A stretch of 64,000 bases of DNA from Pelomyxa schiedti (lineage: Eukaryota > Protista > Evosea). Position 1 is the stretch's first letter. Each line of letters starts with the position of its first letter. The translations under genes and the position numbers were made by a program. The notes under the pieces were generated by a model. It saw only the letters and a program-made list of their open reading frames with translations, was not told the DNA's origin and did no database searches. Of this stretch, positions 52,208 to 64,000 are shown piece after piece. The stretch is from contig JAHLWZ010000666.1 of the NCBI GenBank assembly GCA_020536535.1, positions 40,340 to 104,339 on the forward strand. Reading direction: 5' to 3'.

Positions 52208-55200
52208 TCATGATGAACCAGTCATACTGGGAACAATTTCAAGTAGTATTTTAGCAAGGCGTTGTCTTTCTCTGGTAGGGACTGATGACGGATTATCACG
52301 ATATTGTACAAACAATCCAGTGGTGAGCCGAGTCACACACACAGCCTTTACGTCAATCAACCGGTGTCTATCAGAATCACTGAGACTGCCGAATGTATCC
52401 GCGCTGTTGCGCGAAGCTTCTGTTACTGTTGTGAAGAGTCCCTTTATCTTCAGTGCGGAATCTGGAAAGAGGTTTGACTTTTCCATGATCTAGTTAGTGT
52501 TCAGTTTTAAATCGGACAGTGGTTTCTTTGATTCACACCTTATGGACTGATAAAACCCGAAGCCACATTGTGAGTGAGCTTTTATCTGTAGTACTTGAAA
52601 TAATAGCTACTACAGATGTGATTTTCTCCTTGATTTCTTCGTCCTCTACAGGATGTCAAAGCCAAAGTCACAACCAAACGGAATAACCATTTCTTTTGCA
52701 GGCCGACATAATCGAATACACCGATTCGTGATTGTTATTTGTCTGAGGTGGTGTGAGGCCATTACATTTACAACACAAGATATGCCTTGTTTCTACTTGC
52801 TCCGAGGTCCAGTAAGGCATCTAGAACTTTTGTATTTCCCTGGTTATGATTGAGTAGGAAAACGTGAGGGAGTGTTTCTCTCTACCGATCGAACGGCAAT
52901 GTGACAGGGAGTGTCACCACTTATCCGAGGAAGTTAGACACAATTTACAATGGCAGATGAGTTACTTGTTGTCTACAGCATGTAGGTCGATGCCTCGTTG
53001 GACTAAGGCAAAGCATATGTGTTCACAATTGGCAAAAGGGTGCTTAGCCACCAAATGCAAAAGTGTTGATCCTTCAATCAGAGTTGACCAAACTAGCTTG
53101 ATTGATACAATTGTAAATACCATCCTCTAGTTTTGTGGTCACATCGATTGGATGACTGCTGATTAGTATGGACATCGCGCAATCAACTTTCTCGCCAGAA
53201 GAAAGTGCCAACATTAGTGGTGTCATGCCACTAGTGTTCTTTTGTGTGGATACATGCTGAGACAACAGAAGTGCCTTAGAAATTTGAGTCAACGCTCGAA
53301 GAGGATCAGCTAATTACCTTTGTCATGCCAAGATGGTTAGAGGATACAGCAATATGGAGCGCTGTATTGCCATTGGGGTCAGTTGCTTGTGACAGATTCC
53401 TTTTTTGTTTTTAAACTCTGTTAGGGATATATTGAAAAGGAAAAGACTCACGGGTCATTGCGCAACATTTCCTTCATAAGGGGCACGTTGCCTTCAGATA
53501 CAGTTTCAAGGAATTTTTTGCACTGTGAAGTTGAATATAATGAAGGAGTGATGAAAATATTGTACCACTTGACTTGGGTCAACGGGTTTTGAGGCCTCCT
53601 TAGGTCGAATTAGTTTTGAAAAGGTATTTTTTTAATTTTTGTTTACATCCAATGCTTTTTGTAAAAGAGCAGTAATGGCGGGGTTATTCAATCTGGCAGC
53701 CCAAACCATGGGAGACTCGGACTTGGCGTTTGTCTTAGTTGGGTCGGCCCCATGGAGCAATAGTTGTTCTATTACTTCTTGATTTCCCTCCGAAATGCTC
53801 AGAATCTGTCAATTGAAAGGATTGCATACCTTCATTACTGCTAGATGAAGAGGGGTCTCTCCATTTGCATTTTGGGCGTTGATGTGTCCATGTCTAGAAA
53901 GTGTAAGTCTCGGAGATGTGTTAGGAAACTACTTTTTCTTAAAAATTGGTAAAAATCGAGGTAGAGAAGGGTGCCGCGACAAGTAGTGAAGTGGTGTATT
54001 ATCTGTAGAATTGAATGTCAGTGAACTGTGAGTGTGTAAAGGTAGTCTTTCCATCTTCGTTAGTAGCATTCAAGTCAATGTGTTCTTGTTGTATAAGTTC
54101 CCAGATAATTTCCTATGCGACCCATTAATTATAGTAAGGTCGGAACAAGCAAGTGTACTTCGTGGTTTTCTGAAGCTGCAATGTGAAGGCATGTCCACAT
54201 TCTGTCGTCCTGTAATGGGAAAAGAATGAGTTTGATAACATTAGACACAATCCTACAGTGAGATAGCAGGAGGCCTCGTATCTTAGCAGAAGCTTGACAC
54301 TCTTTAGTTGTCCTGCTTTGCATGCATAGTGTAATGCTAAAAGGGTGTGACAAATATGACGAATTAACTTCGTATACCTGTCATGTCGTGTGTGGCTGGT
54401 GAATTTATATACTTCCTGTTTGCATCAAGGAGTTCCTCTAATTCGTCAGCTCCTGGGAAAAATTTCTAGTTGGAACAAAAGGGACTGGAGAAGATTGCTC
54501 ACCTGCTTGGGCCGCCTCTATTATCCGCGATACGATGGCCTTTTTATAGAGTTCGCGATCTTTTTTCTTTAGGAGTAAACACTGTTATTTGTTACATCAG
54601 TGTTGTGGGGAATTTGGTTACATCGGAAGAAGGTGTAGTTCTGAATATCCGAATTCTGGACTTTTCCAGTTTCTGTCAAGAGGTTATTGGCAATACCCTA
54701 GGGAAATATGAACAAACTGTGGAGCTTGATGACCGTGTTGCTGACTTTTCAACCTTTTCAACCGTTTTTTGTACTTCTTTATCTCTTTTCCGTTGTTCTT
54801 TTTCTGATATCAGTGTAATGGTGGCTACTTTGGGCACTAATGCTTTGATTTCGTCAGTAGTGGTTTTCTTTTTAAAAATGTCAATGTAAATAGGGAAACA
54901 ATTTGTTACCTTCTGTGCGGGGTCAGATAAAGGATATTTGTCCAAGTGCGGATTTGTCAAATATGAATTACATAATTGTGCAAGTGCAACAAGTGATGAT
55001 TCTCGTTCCTCCACAGGCACTTGAGCAGGTGGAGGCACTTGTCCAGGGGTTGTTATTTGCTAAATTGCATCAGTGAGAAGAATGTAACCCTTAAAAAAAG
55101 AGCAAACTGATATGCTGTCCAAGTATCCTTTCATCCGTCCTTGATTGGAGTCAAGGAACGAATTTAAAGGCATCATAAAGGATTCTCTGAATGTTACACA

Positions 55201-56291
55201 GTTTGCAAGGTTCTGTATTGTCTTGGAAATAAGTACTAGGTTGCGCCTTGTATCCAATGAAGGTGATTCTAAGTGAACTTAATCTAAACATTTTCTTTCA
55301 CATAAAGAATACCCTCCAAAATTCCTGTGTTGTCTGGGGCAACAATTGCTGGACAAAAATATCGAAGAACTACAAATCCTCCCACACAAATGAGTGCCGA
55401 TTCAGGGAATCTAGTGTGGAAAAAAACCAAACAACGCGGGATAACGGTTATTGGTCAAACAAAAGATGAGGTGGTTACTTTTCTCCACAGTACTGCTTCA
55501 AATACGAACATGCTATCCTGAATCGTCTGGGTCCACTTAGGTTAAAGAAAATGTCAACGACCAACATACAAAGGATATTTGTCGGCACTTGCTACAATTG
55601 CATCGAACACTCTCTGTATAATTTGTTGTAGCTGAGCAACATTTCTTTCTAGCATACTTGGATCAACCAAATTAATGGGATTGATCTATGTTGTTGGTAG
55701 ATTTAACAGCGGGAACACAGAGCAAGTGACACACTTCAAGTGAGCCAAAGTTCCCTGCAACAATAGCCTTAATAGGCTCTATCAAGGTCTGTTGGAGGTA
55801 CAGCTGCCCATCTTCCAACTTCGACCAGGCTGACATCATTTTTGATGCCAAACTATTTGATCGGAACAGAGTGCCGGGTTGACCTTTGTGTGATAATAAG
55901 CACATTGTGTCCTTGGAATAGAGCAAGGCTGCATACTGGTGGATTTAATTTCCTTCTTTATGAGGAATTCTATCAGAGGAAGAGCGCGACCCTCAGGCTC
56001 CAGTACTTTTACACACAGATCAGCAATAAGCTGAGAGTCTTTTGTAGCAGCTACTGTGCATAGCCATTCCCCAAATTCCGGGGTCAGCACAATCTATAGT
56101 AAGTGTTGGGTTTTGTTATTGTTTGGAACTTTTCCCTACACAACAAAGAGCCTATTAAAAAACAAAACGAAACAACACGAACCAAAACCAAAAAAAAAAG
56201 TGTTCTTTGTTTGGTTTGGTTTGGTTTATGTTGTGGCACCACACCCACAATACAAAATCAGTAGACCACGTACCCTTCGGAACTCTTCCAT
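52208..56291 (-). CDS. RasGAP-domain protein with ankyrin repeats, multi-exon
   Basis: GTLFRSNSLASKM, VVLRYFCPAIVAP, RNLVLISKTIQNLAN; ankyrin motifs WTCLHIAA, NTPLHY, GETPLHLA, GMTPLMLA, GDTPCHIA. Confidence 0.92.
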
Positions 56292-56497
56292 CTACTTGAT
56301 AGCGGTACGATCACAAAAAAAATTTAGTTGCTTGGCAAAAGCAGCGACAACAGCGAAGCTTTATCCTAATTGTTTATTTTCTTTTTTTTTTGTTCCTTGT
56401 CTTTTTGGTTAAGGCCGATGAGAGCCAAACTTGGGCTTTTCGTCTATTACCGGAAAAGGAACTCTCATGAGGTTCTTTGGGTGTATAGAATATGTTC

Positions 56498-57883
56498 CTA
56501 GTGTGCAAAGGGAGTGTAGTGGTATGCAAAGGAGAGCAGCCATAGGGCTAATAGAAATAGTAGCAGCAGGACAATGTGTTTTGGTAGCCACAGTAAATAG
56601 CGGGGGGGCTGATTTGAAGGTGTGAGTGAGGGTGACAATGCGGGAGTGGGTTCTTGGGGAAGAGGGGTGCCGTGGCTTTGTTGTGGTGTTTGGATTGTTT
56701 GGATTGTTAGAGCTCCGGCTGATGATATAAATGTAGGAATGGGGGGTCCTTGGGCTACCTGGTCCGCATCGAATCCTTCCCAAAGGGCAAGAAGTTCGTA
56801 CTTGACCTTGGGGGGAAGAAGACGGATTACTGACATATCAAGTCCTTTCAGTTGGGAATAATCGTAATTGCTCTTTGCAAGATTGTTGGCTGCTTGGTAG
56901 AGTATCTGGAAGAAACTGTTACGCTCTTTTGCAGGAAGTACGAATCATGCTGGTAGTTGGTCTTTCTCCGGTGGCGTATCAGAAGAAACACAACTCCAGA
57001 AGTACAGTAATCTCTTTTCCAGCCAGTTCCAGAAATCTTTGCTTCGATAAACCCTCCAAATCTTTGCTTGTGTCAGAAGTTGCCAGTGTTGAGCAACACT
57101 AGAACCTTGGCCACATGAATTCTACAAAAATAGGCAATCAAATCACAAGTGTTGGAGTTTGTGACTTCCAATTGCATCTGAACTTGAACCTGAGGATTTT
57201 AAATCCTCAATAACAACTTTCAATTTGGTAACCATCACGTGCGGCGGAATGTGATCTTCCCACACCGCATACAAGGGGCACTGAATCAAAGAATGGTAAG
57301 TATTCAAAGGGAGCCGAACATATATACCTTGACCTCCAGCATCCTTTTCTCTCCTGTTAGGGAGTCATGGGTAACTCCATCAGGAGTGGCACCAAAGAAT
57401 GGCTTCACTTAACTTCATCAACTAAATTAGAACATGTAAATTTAGCCTTACAAGGGTGCCACAACGTTGGCGACGATTTAACAGGGCATCCTGACAGTTA
57501 AAGTTAATCTAAGCAATCAACAACACATGTCACAACCAACCAGTAACCAGCTCATAGAATTTCAACATTTTGGGTTCACAACTGAAACCTATTGTATTTC
57601 TCGTTAAAAATTTGTGGAGCAGATATTTTTCAAAAAAGAAAAAAAAAAATCCTTCGGACGAGAATGGGAAGTACCGTGAGAAGTGGCGTCACTGGGCTCA
57701 GAGCCTCGCTGTACACGTCCAGTTTTGGCCTCCCACAATGATGTTGGAGAGGCGTAATTCGACAACCCACAAGCCGCTGGAGCTACAAAAAAAAAGTTGG
57801 CCTTCGTAGTCCCACAATTCGTGTGGAGTACCGTCACTAGCTGTTAGGCCCCTCTGTCTCGACGTTACCCACACGTCCTGCAT
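56498..57883 (-). CDS. YqaJ/lambda-exonuclease-like (PD-(D/E)xK) nuclease, multi-exon; both ends approximate
   Basis: WVTSRQRGLTASD/APAACGLSNYASPTSLWEAKTG; FGATPDG; LEVK/CP; IPPHVM/VQVQMQLEV; IWRVYRSKDFW...FW. Confidence 0.88.
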
Positions 57884-58086
57884 CCTTTTTTTACACAAAA
57901 AAAAAACCCGAGTAGATACGAGATTGATTGCCTTGACACAGCCCCAACTTAATCAGACAAGTATAGTGCGAGGTTCCATCTTCATTAAAGCCCTCAGATA
58001 CTGCCAGGATAGGAGTGTCGGGTTCTTTCCTCTCAGTTCCTCATCACTAGTTGTGAGATAACAACGAAAAGCAAATCGCTAGTTGA

Positions 58087-59351
58087 ATGGACGACAAAGC
58101 CAAGCACGTGGAAGCAGAAGGGGACGCGGGGCCTACTACTACTGTAGTAGGCTCGCACGGCTGCGAGCTCACCATCCGCGACAGCACGTCGCGCGACCGC
58201 CGCGTCGTCTCGCTCTCCTCGTCCTCCTCGTTGCCGTTGCCCCTGCTCTCGTCCCCGTCCCCACTGCCCTCGTCCGCCCCCGTAGCCTCGGCCCCCTCGT
58301 CGATCTTCGCTGCCCCGATGCCCGTGCCGATGCCGATGCCGATGCACGTGCCCGCTACTAGCAGCGCGACTGTTTCGGGGGCGGGAGGTGGGGGCGCGGA
58401 GCTGCTGCCGTTCCCACAATTCGTGTCGCTGCCGCCGTTTGTGGTGCGCGGCGTTGGTCCCACTGGCAATGTGGCTTCCCATAATGACAGTAACGAGGCC
58501 AGGCAGCCATGGCGGGACGACACCCCCAAAACCAAAAACAACAAGGACGACGACGACGACGACCACAACAACAACGAAGACTACGACGACGACGACGACG
58601 TCGTCGATGTGGAGGAGGGTGTTGGGGGTAATGGCGAAGATAGCGCCAGGAATTCCTCGCTGTCATCCTCGTCGTCGCTATCCCCCCTGTCCAGGTGGAG
58701 CAGGAATTCCCCTTCGCAGAAGTCACAGAGGGGCAGTAGCAGCAGAGCAGTTGGGAAGCAGAACCAATCGAAAAGAAGAGGAGGGGCCGCAGGGGGAGGG
58801 GGAAGCAGGGGCGGGAGCAGGTGCTTGAATGTGTTGAGGTACTCCGCTTTGTATGCATGCACTGCTGTGCCTAGTGCTTTGTTCGGCTGCTTCATTGGTT
58901 GGGCTTTTGGTGCTAGAATTGCTGCACATCCGTGGGTATGTTGTTGTTGCTTCCTTGTTTGTTTCTTTTTTGCTTGCTTGCTTGTTTGTTGTTATGGCAG
59001 GTTCTTTGTTTTTGCTTTCCTGATTTCCTTTTCTCAGGTATCTCGTGGAGTGAGAGTGGTTTTACTCACACTGGTAGCTGGAGCTTGGTTCCGGGCACAC
59101 ACACCCCGTGCAAAACATTTCAAGGTTACTGTATCTGTGACATCTTTCTCTCTGGGGATGCTTCCCTGGCTATCGATTTTGAAATGGTGACACCTTTAAG
59201 AGCCTCACCTCAATTGTACTTTTTTTTAACTTCAATAAAAACGCTTGCACCTGTGGTGCAAAAAAAGCCAAAGAAAGATGATGACGTTGGCCAATGTAAT
59301 ACATGTGGCTGGGACCAACAGACGAGGGCTACTAAACCGAAATTAACCTAA
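58087..59351 (+). CDS. Low-complexity acidic/Ser-rich protein with C-terminal transmembrane helices
   Basis: 367-aa ORF from ATG 58087; hydrophobic segments near 58840-58930; probable introns in the 3' part. Confidence 0.55.
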
Positions 59352-59466
59352 TCTTCGGCACTGAAAAAACCAAAGGACGCTCAGGCTGGCTAGGTGCCGG
59401 ATTAATCAAGTGACAGAAGGGCAACACACAGGTTTTTTTTTTTGAAATTCCTAGTGCTTGGGGGTG

Positions 59467-60760
59467 TCAATTTGTGGTAAAAGGGGCTGGTTGTTCTGGA
59501 ATTTTGAGGAGTTTGTGCTGTGTGCTATTTGTCTGCCTCCACCTCTGGAATATAACTACAATAACAATGGCTATCAATGCTGCACTCACAATCAGAACTC
59601 CAACAAAAATGATGATAAGGGACCACTGATCACCCTGAGTAGTGGAGGATGATGAGGATGTAAGATTTTCTGTGGAGGAGTGAGGAAGAAAAGAAAGAAA
59701 AGAATAGGTTAGTGGCTAGGTTTGTGTTGACCTGGGTATTGGTAATCAGAAACTATGGACAGTGATACAATCTTTGTGTAATAGGGGAAGTCCTCTATGG
59801 CGTTTGATGTCCCAGTGGATGTGTTCGTTACACAGAGTTGGCTTCGTAATGAGGTATAGTAGGCAACCATATACAAAACGTGGTTTCCCTCGTCAAAATC
59901 GAGTCCAACAGCGTAGCTGGCACTGAGCCCAAGAGGGCCTATGGTTGTTGGTTGGGCTGTATTTGGGTCAACTCTGACAAGGGTGTCAGAAACAGAGTCC
60001 AGAGCATATAATATCCCTTCCGCAGCATTCGAAGTAATTCCAACAAATACTGCCCCAGGTACAGCCCCTACTTCTGTTGCCACGACGACATCTGAATATA
60101 AATCAAGCTGATAAAGTATAGATATAGTCTCGCTATCAGTAGCTGTAATAAATGCACAGCCGGTCTTGCAGGCACCTTGACTGTGACTGGAGCCACTCCA
60201 CCACGTAAGTCCGCTCACAGGAAGAGAGACTTTTATATTGCCGAGAAAGGTAGAAGCACAACTGTCAATATTCACAGAATAGAGTCCACCAGAGGCATCA
60301 ATCATGTACATGTAAACTTCATCCTTCGCAAAATCACCAGCAACAAAAGAACTCTCAGAGTCAAGGAAGCACAAGGTTCGCCAGTCTTTCAGCGACGGGA
60401 TCATAAAAGTTACAATAATGTGGGATATTGCATCAAAAGCATATGTCAATGTATCCCCTGGATAAGAAGACGACGACGTAGAACGAGAAGACGAGGATGC
60501 AGAATGAGACGAAGACAATGTTATAGAGTCAGAATGAGACTGAGAAGACACTGAGGAAGAAAAGGAACTAGACTGGCTTTCTGAACTCAACAAGATACCA
60601 TTCACACAACACCCTGTAAAAAAAAAGTCAGTAACAGTACATTAATGCCATTGATTATATTTTCGTTCGAAATTCAAATTCACTTTACGAGGCAGTCTAC
60701 CCACAGAGGCCCACAGGAAATAATAGCATGAAGACAATCCCATAATCCCGGTGTCTCCAT
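59467..60760 (-). CDS. Single-pass membrane protein with Ser-rich stalk and probable beta-propeller ectodomain
   Basis: Repeats such as GILYALDSVSDTLVRVDPNTAQPTTIG and GLDFD....LY; TM helix SLIIIFVGVLIVSAALIAIVIVVIF followed by QRWR. Start uncertain. Confidence 0.7.
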
Positions 60761-60878
60761 GGCATCGCTGACGCTTGCGTTGATGTTAATCGGTGTTTCA
60801 TTTTATCACATTCGCTGCACCTTCTTTTTTTTTCCCGTACTTTCCGACGGTTCAAAGCTTGTGATCATCAAAAACGAG

Positions 60879-62923
60879 ATGAAGTCAACGGAAAGGAGGA
60901 GCGTGGGTTGCACCAACGAATGGGATGAGGTGCCTGACGAAGTAGTGAGGAGGATAGAAGGAATGTTGGTGAGTGACATCACTTCCCTGTTCAACTTTGG
61001 TTGCGCTTGCCGCCGTTTCAGATCCTCTTTCCTTGATCTGATTGCGTCCTTTGAATCGGCAGCTGCTCGAAATTGGCCTTTGGTTGCGACCGCAAAGAAG
61101 ACAGACGACGCCCCAGAAGCGGAGTCACGACAGGCAAACAGAGGAGCCAACGGAGCCACCACAATTGTGGGAAGTGGACCGACATCAGAGTACACTTTGG
61201 AAACGGAATTCGGTGAAACTTGCATTGCAACGCGGGAGATTGAGGCCAGGAGGCGTGATGCCCCAACTGAGGCTGCAGATAGGAGATCTATTGAGAGTAT
61301 GTTCTTCAGCCTCGTGATATCTAATTTTGGGCACCTTCTTGTAACAAATGTACTCCATAGAGTCACTACCACAGGTTGTTTCTTGTTTTCTCCCTTCCTG
61401 TGGCTTTGGAACAGAGATTTTTTCCTGTTAGAATACTCACATCTTCGGAAGTTGTTCCTGTTGGATGTGTATCCTCTCCTTCAGTGTGGCTCGTCAGTGG
61501 ATTGTCTCACGACTTTGAAAGAAGTAGATACCGGTTCTCCCAAGCTGTTGTTGGGATTTTGACAGTCCCAAATATCAACTTATTGAAGATGTTGAGGACT
61601 GCTGTGGAACGGCTCCTTTTGACACCTGCTTTCCATAAGCTGCATCACTCGTTGCAATTGAGTGTACAAGGGACATATGCTGGAGCTTTTTCATCATCAC
61701 TACACTTTGTCATGCAGTACCCCTGGGAATGGCTTAATCTACAAAAAGTGAATAAGGCTCACTTTTCCTCCTTACGTAGGAACTTTCCTGTTACCTTCCA
61801 AGGGTCTCCCAGAGGCGGAATTGTGAACTTAAGGGGTGCATCATTCTGCCATTCTAGTGTGATAGAAGCAGTCTTCCGAAACTGTTGTATGATAAGTTCC
61901 ACTCTTTCCTGGGTGGCAGTAAAAAACCTACTTCTGGATCACTGTGACTTATCTGGAGCAGACATTTCACATGCAACCCTAGCTACCCTACATGTAAGAA
62001 ACTGTTTATTCACCTCTTCGAATATATCACGTGTGTGGATTGAAACCACCAAAGTCAAAGAAGTTGATTATTGTGATTTCACTGGTAGCCATTTTGCAAA
62101 CGCACTCCTCTGGAATGTATCATTTAGAAAAACAAAGTTCTGCAATTCCTCTGAACTAAGGTCCGTGTTTAAAGTGCCCATTCATGTGCATGGATGTAAC
62201 TTCATGGGTTCAGACCTACGCGCCTCCAAAATTAGAGTTGCTGTTGACTGCAACTTCCGGAATTCCAGCCTATGCTTCTCCAAGTTGGGAGACCTGTCAT
62301 ATTCCGACCTGACAGATGCCGATCTCCGTCATTCCGATCTCTCTGAGGCCATTTTGACTGGAGTCAAGATGCAACACTGTAGTTTTGCAGGTGCCACTCT
62401 TTGCCTTCCACTAATTGCACCCAATGCATCAGTTCTACGTCATACGGCGATTCACTCCACGATACTGAAGATTCCTAACCTGCGGAATTGCTACTGGCTA
62501 TACTCACAGACAAAAGCGCGGACCTTCCGCGTGTTCTATTCCGTGCTGGCCTGGATTGTGCAACTTCTTATTCTACCAATTTTCAGCCTCTTGATTTCTG
62601 AGGCCTTTTGCCGTGCTCTGGCTGGCCACAGTCTGTCTCACGCGGCAGTGACTCAAATTCTGCTGTTTTACGCGGTACTTGCCGCGATTACGGGAGCATG
62701 GTGCTTCTTTAAGCGCAAATCGGCGCCGGACTGTTGGCTATTTCTTGTAACGTTGGTTTTCCTGTTTCTGACCTGCAGAGCTCCCACCAAAGAAAGAATG
62801 TTGCGTGAATTGATTGCAGGGATTGGTTATGGCATCAGTCTTTCACCCAAGCCAGATTATGTCTCTTTGTGGCCATCAAAGCATGCTCTCACGGGCGAGT
62901 ACTTCACAATCAACAAAAAGTAA
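60879..62923 (+). CDS. F-box-like protein with pentapeptide repeats and C-terminal transmembrane helices
   Basis: WDEVPDEVVRRI....DITSLFNFGCACRRFR; LSYSDLTDADLRHSDLSEAILTG and CDLSGADISHA; hydrophobic C-terminus; intron near 61374. Confidence 0.75.
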
Positions 62924-63377
62924 AACGTGCCAAATGGTTGCGGCAGAACAATGACAAACAGTGGTAGGAATCCCTGTGCAACTCCTTTGGACCTCTGCAC
63001 TATTATTGAAAAACCAAATGACATGGTCTAAACACGGTGCCAAACATACCAAGCAAACAAACACCACTTAATGTCCTCAACGTCTGACGAGGATTGCAGC
63101 GAAAAGGCACACCCCGCGGTATCCCTTGATTGAGGTAGCGAGGTGATCTAAATATTTGGATAGAAAATATAAGCCCGTTTGGCACCTGTCATTATGTCAT
63201 CCTCCAGACTCCACTTCCCTGCCGCCTACCTTTGTGAACCCCTCTTTTCCCTAGATTGTCAGAGAGCAAGTTCCAAGAATCATCGGGGAACTTGGTTCGG
63301 GACATAGCCGGCCATTCACAGGAACGGCCGGAGCGTTCATTCTAATGGCCTTTCCTTGAATCACCCGCCGTTGTACC

Positions 63378-63477
63378 NNNNNNNNNNNNNNNNNNNNNNN
63401 NNNNNNNNNNNNNNNNNNNNNNNNNNNNNNNNNNNNNNNNNNNNNNNNNNNNNNNNNNNNNNNNNNNNNNNNNNNNN
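63378..63477. other. Assembly gap (100 N)
   Basis: Run of N adjoining Helitron copy 3. Confidence 1.
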
Positions 63478-64000
63478 ATAAACGCACTGTATGATGCATC
63501 GTTAAATCTATCACCGTTAGGGACGCAGAAACTCCTATCAAAAACCTGTGTGTGACTTGTAGCCGGAATACCATTCTGATTTGCTGCCACAATAGAATAC
63601 CCCTTTGCGTTTCGCCGACTTGTTGAGTTCTTCTATACAGAGGTATTTGCAAAGCTGGAGTATATTGTTGAAAATCGCCGGTAAACAGTTGGTCTATGCC
63701 TCCGAAAGGCAGTGTAGGATTATTCGTACCACTGTATACTTGTATGTTTGTGTTCATTTGCTGAAATACATTGGCGCCTATAATGGATATTTCATCGTGT
63801 ACAGCTAAGTCTATGTCAGTCCAGTCTATCTGAATCATACATGTAAGATACTGCAACTGACTGTGTAATACCTGGCTGGTCGCTGTTATGGTGTGCGTAT
63901 CCTTCCGTCTAATTTTGCAAGCACTGTGCGTTGTGAAGCCCTGTAAATTCGTGGCCACAACTCCTGAATATGATTAATTATTGAATGTAAGAAACATGAC
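63478..64000 (-). mobile_element. Helitron2/Helentron-type element, copy 3 (internal helicase part, runs off the window)
   Basis: Near-identical to 25661-26151; retains 10-bp and 22-bp segments missing from copy 2 (GDFQQYTPALQIPLY). Confidence 0.93.

Noticed and set aside
46115-57883. Prokaryotic contaminant, prophage or defence island suggested by nuclease, MEDS and YqaJ genes
   Set aside because: Each gene has spliceosomal introns and is interspersed with eukaryote-specific genes; there is no operon structure.

Overview
Gene-dense eukaryotic genomic DNA with many short (about 35-80 nt) GT-AG introns and two 100-N assembly gaps. The style (short introns, GC-rich low-complexity N-termini, an intronless 'ARDQ...HPRC' family gene) resembles an amoebozoan such as Pelomyxa; this is inference, not a database result. 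About 25 genes can be modelled by hand: CDC48/p97, a Rab, a TKL kinase, RasGAP-ankyrin, TBC1D23-like, a TTP/ZFP36-type tandem CCCH protein, a macro domain protein, a queuosine-salvage (QNG1/DUF2419-like) protein, SPRY, PH, a lesioned PDAT/LRO1, two membrane-anchored F-box proteins, LRR-hemolysin III, a DNA/RNA non-specific endonuclease, a YqaJ-type exonuclease and a C1-LpxH-like phosphoesterase. Three copies of one intron-containing Helitron2/Helentron-type element are present; the copy at 24030-28193 has both termini. Best candidate for something undescribed: a spliced gene (49984-51852, minus) that appears to fuse a ubiquitin-like domain to a MEDS small-molecule sensor domain, a domain type known from prokaryotes. 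Other highlights: a strong CpG-transition bias between Helitron copies, an array of covarying CTG-GTAAC-CAG hairpins, and a MITE whose relatives sit in gene-upstream regions. All exon models and counts are by eye.
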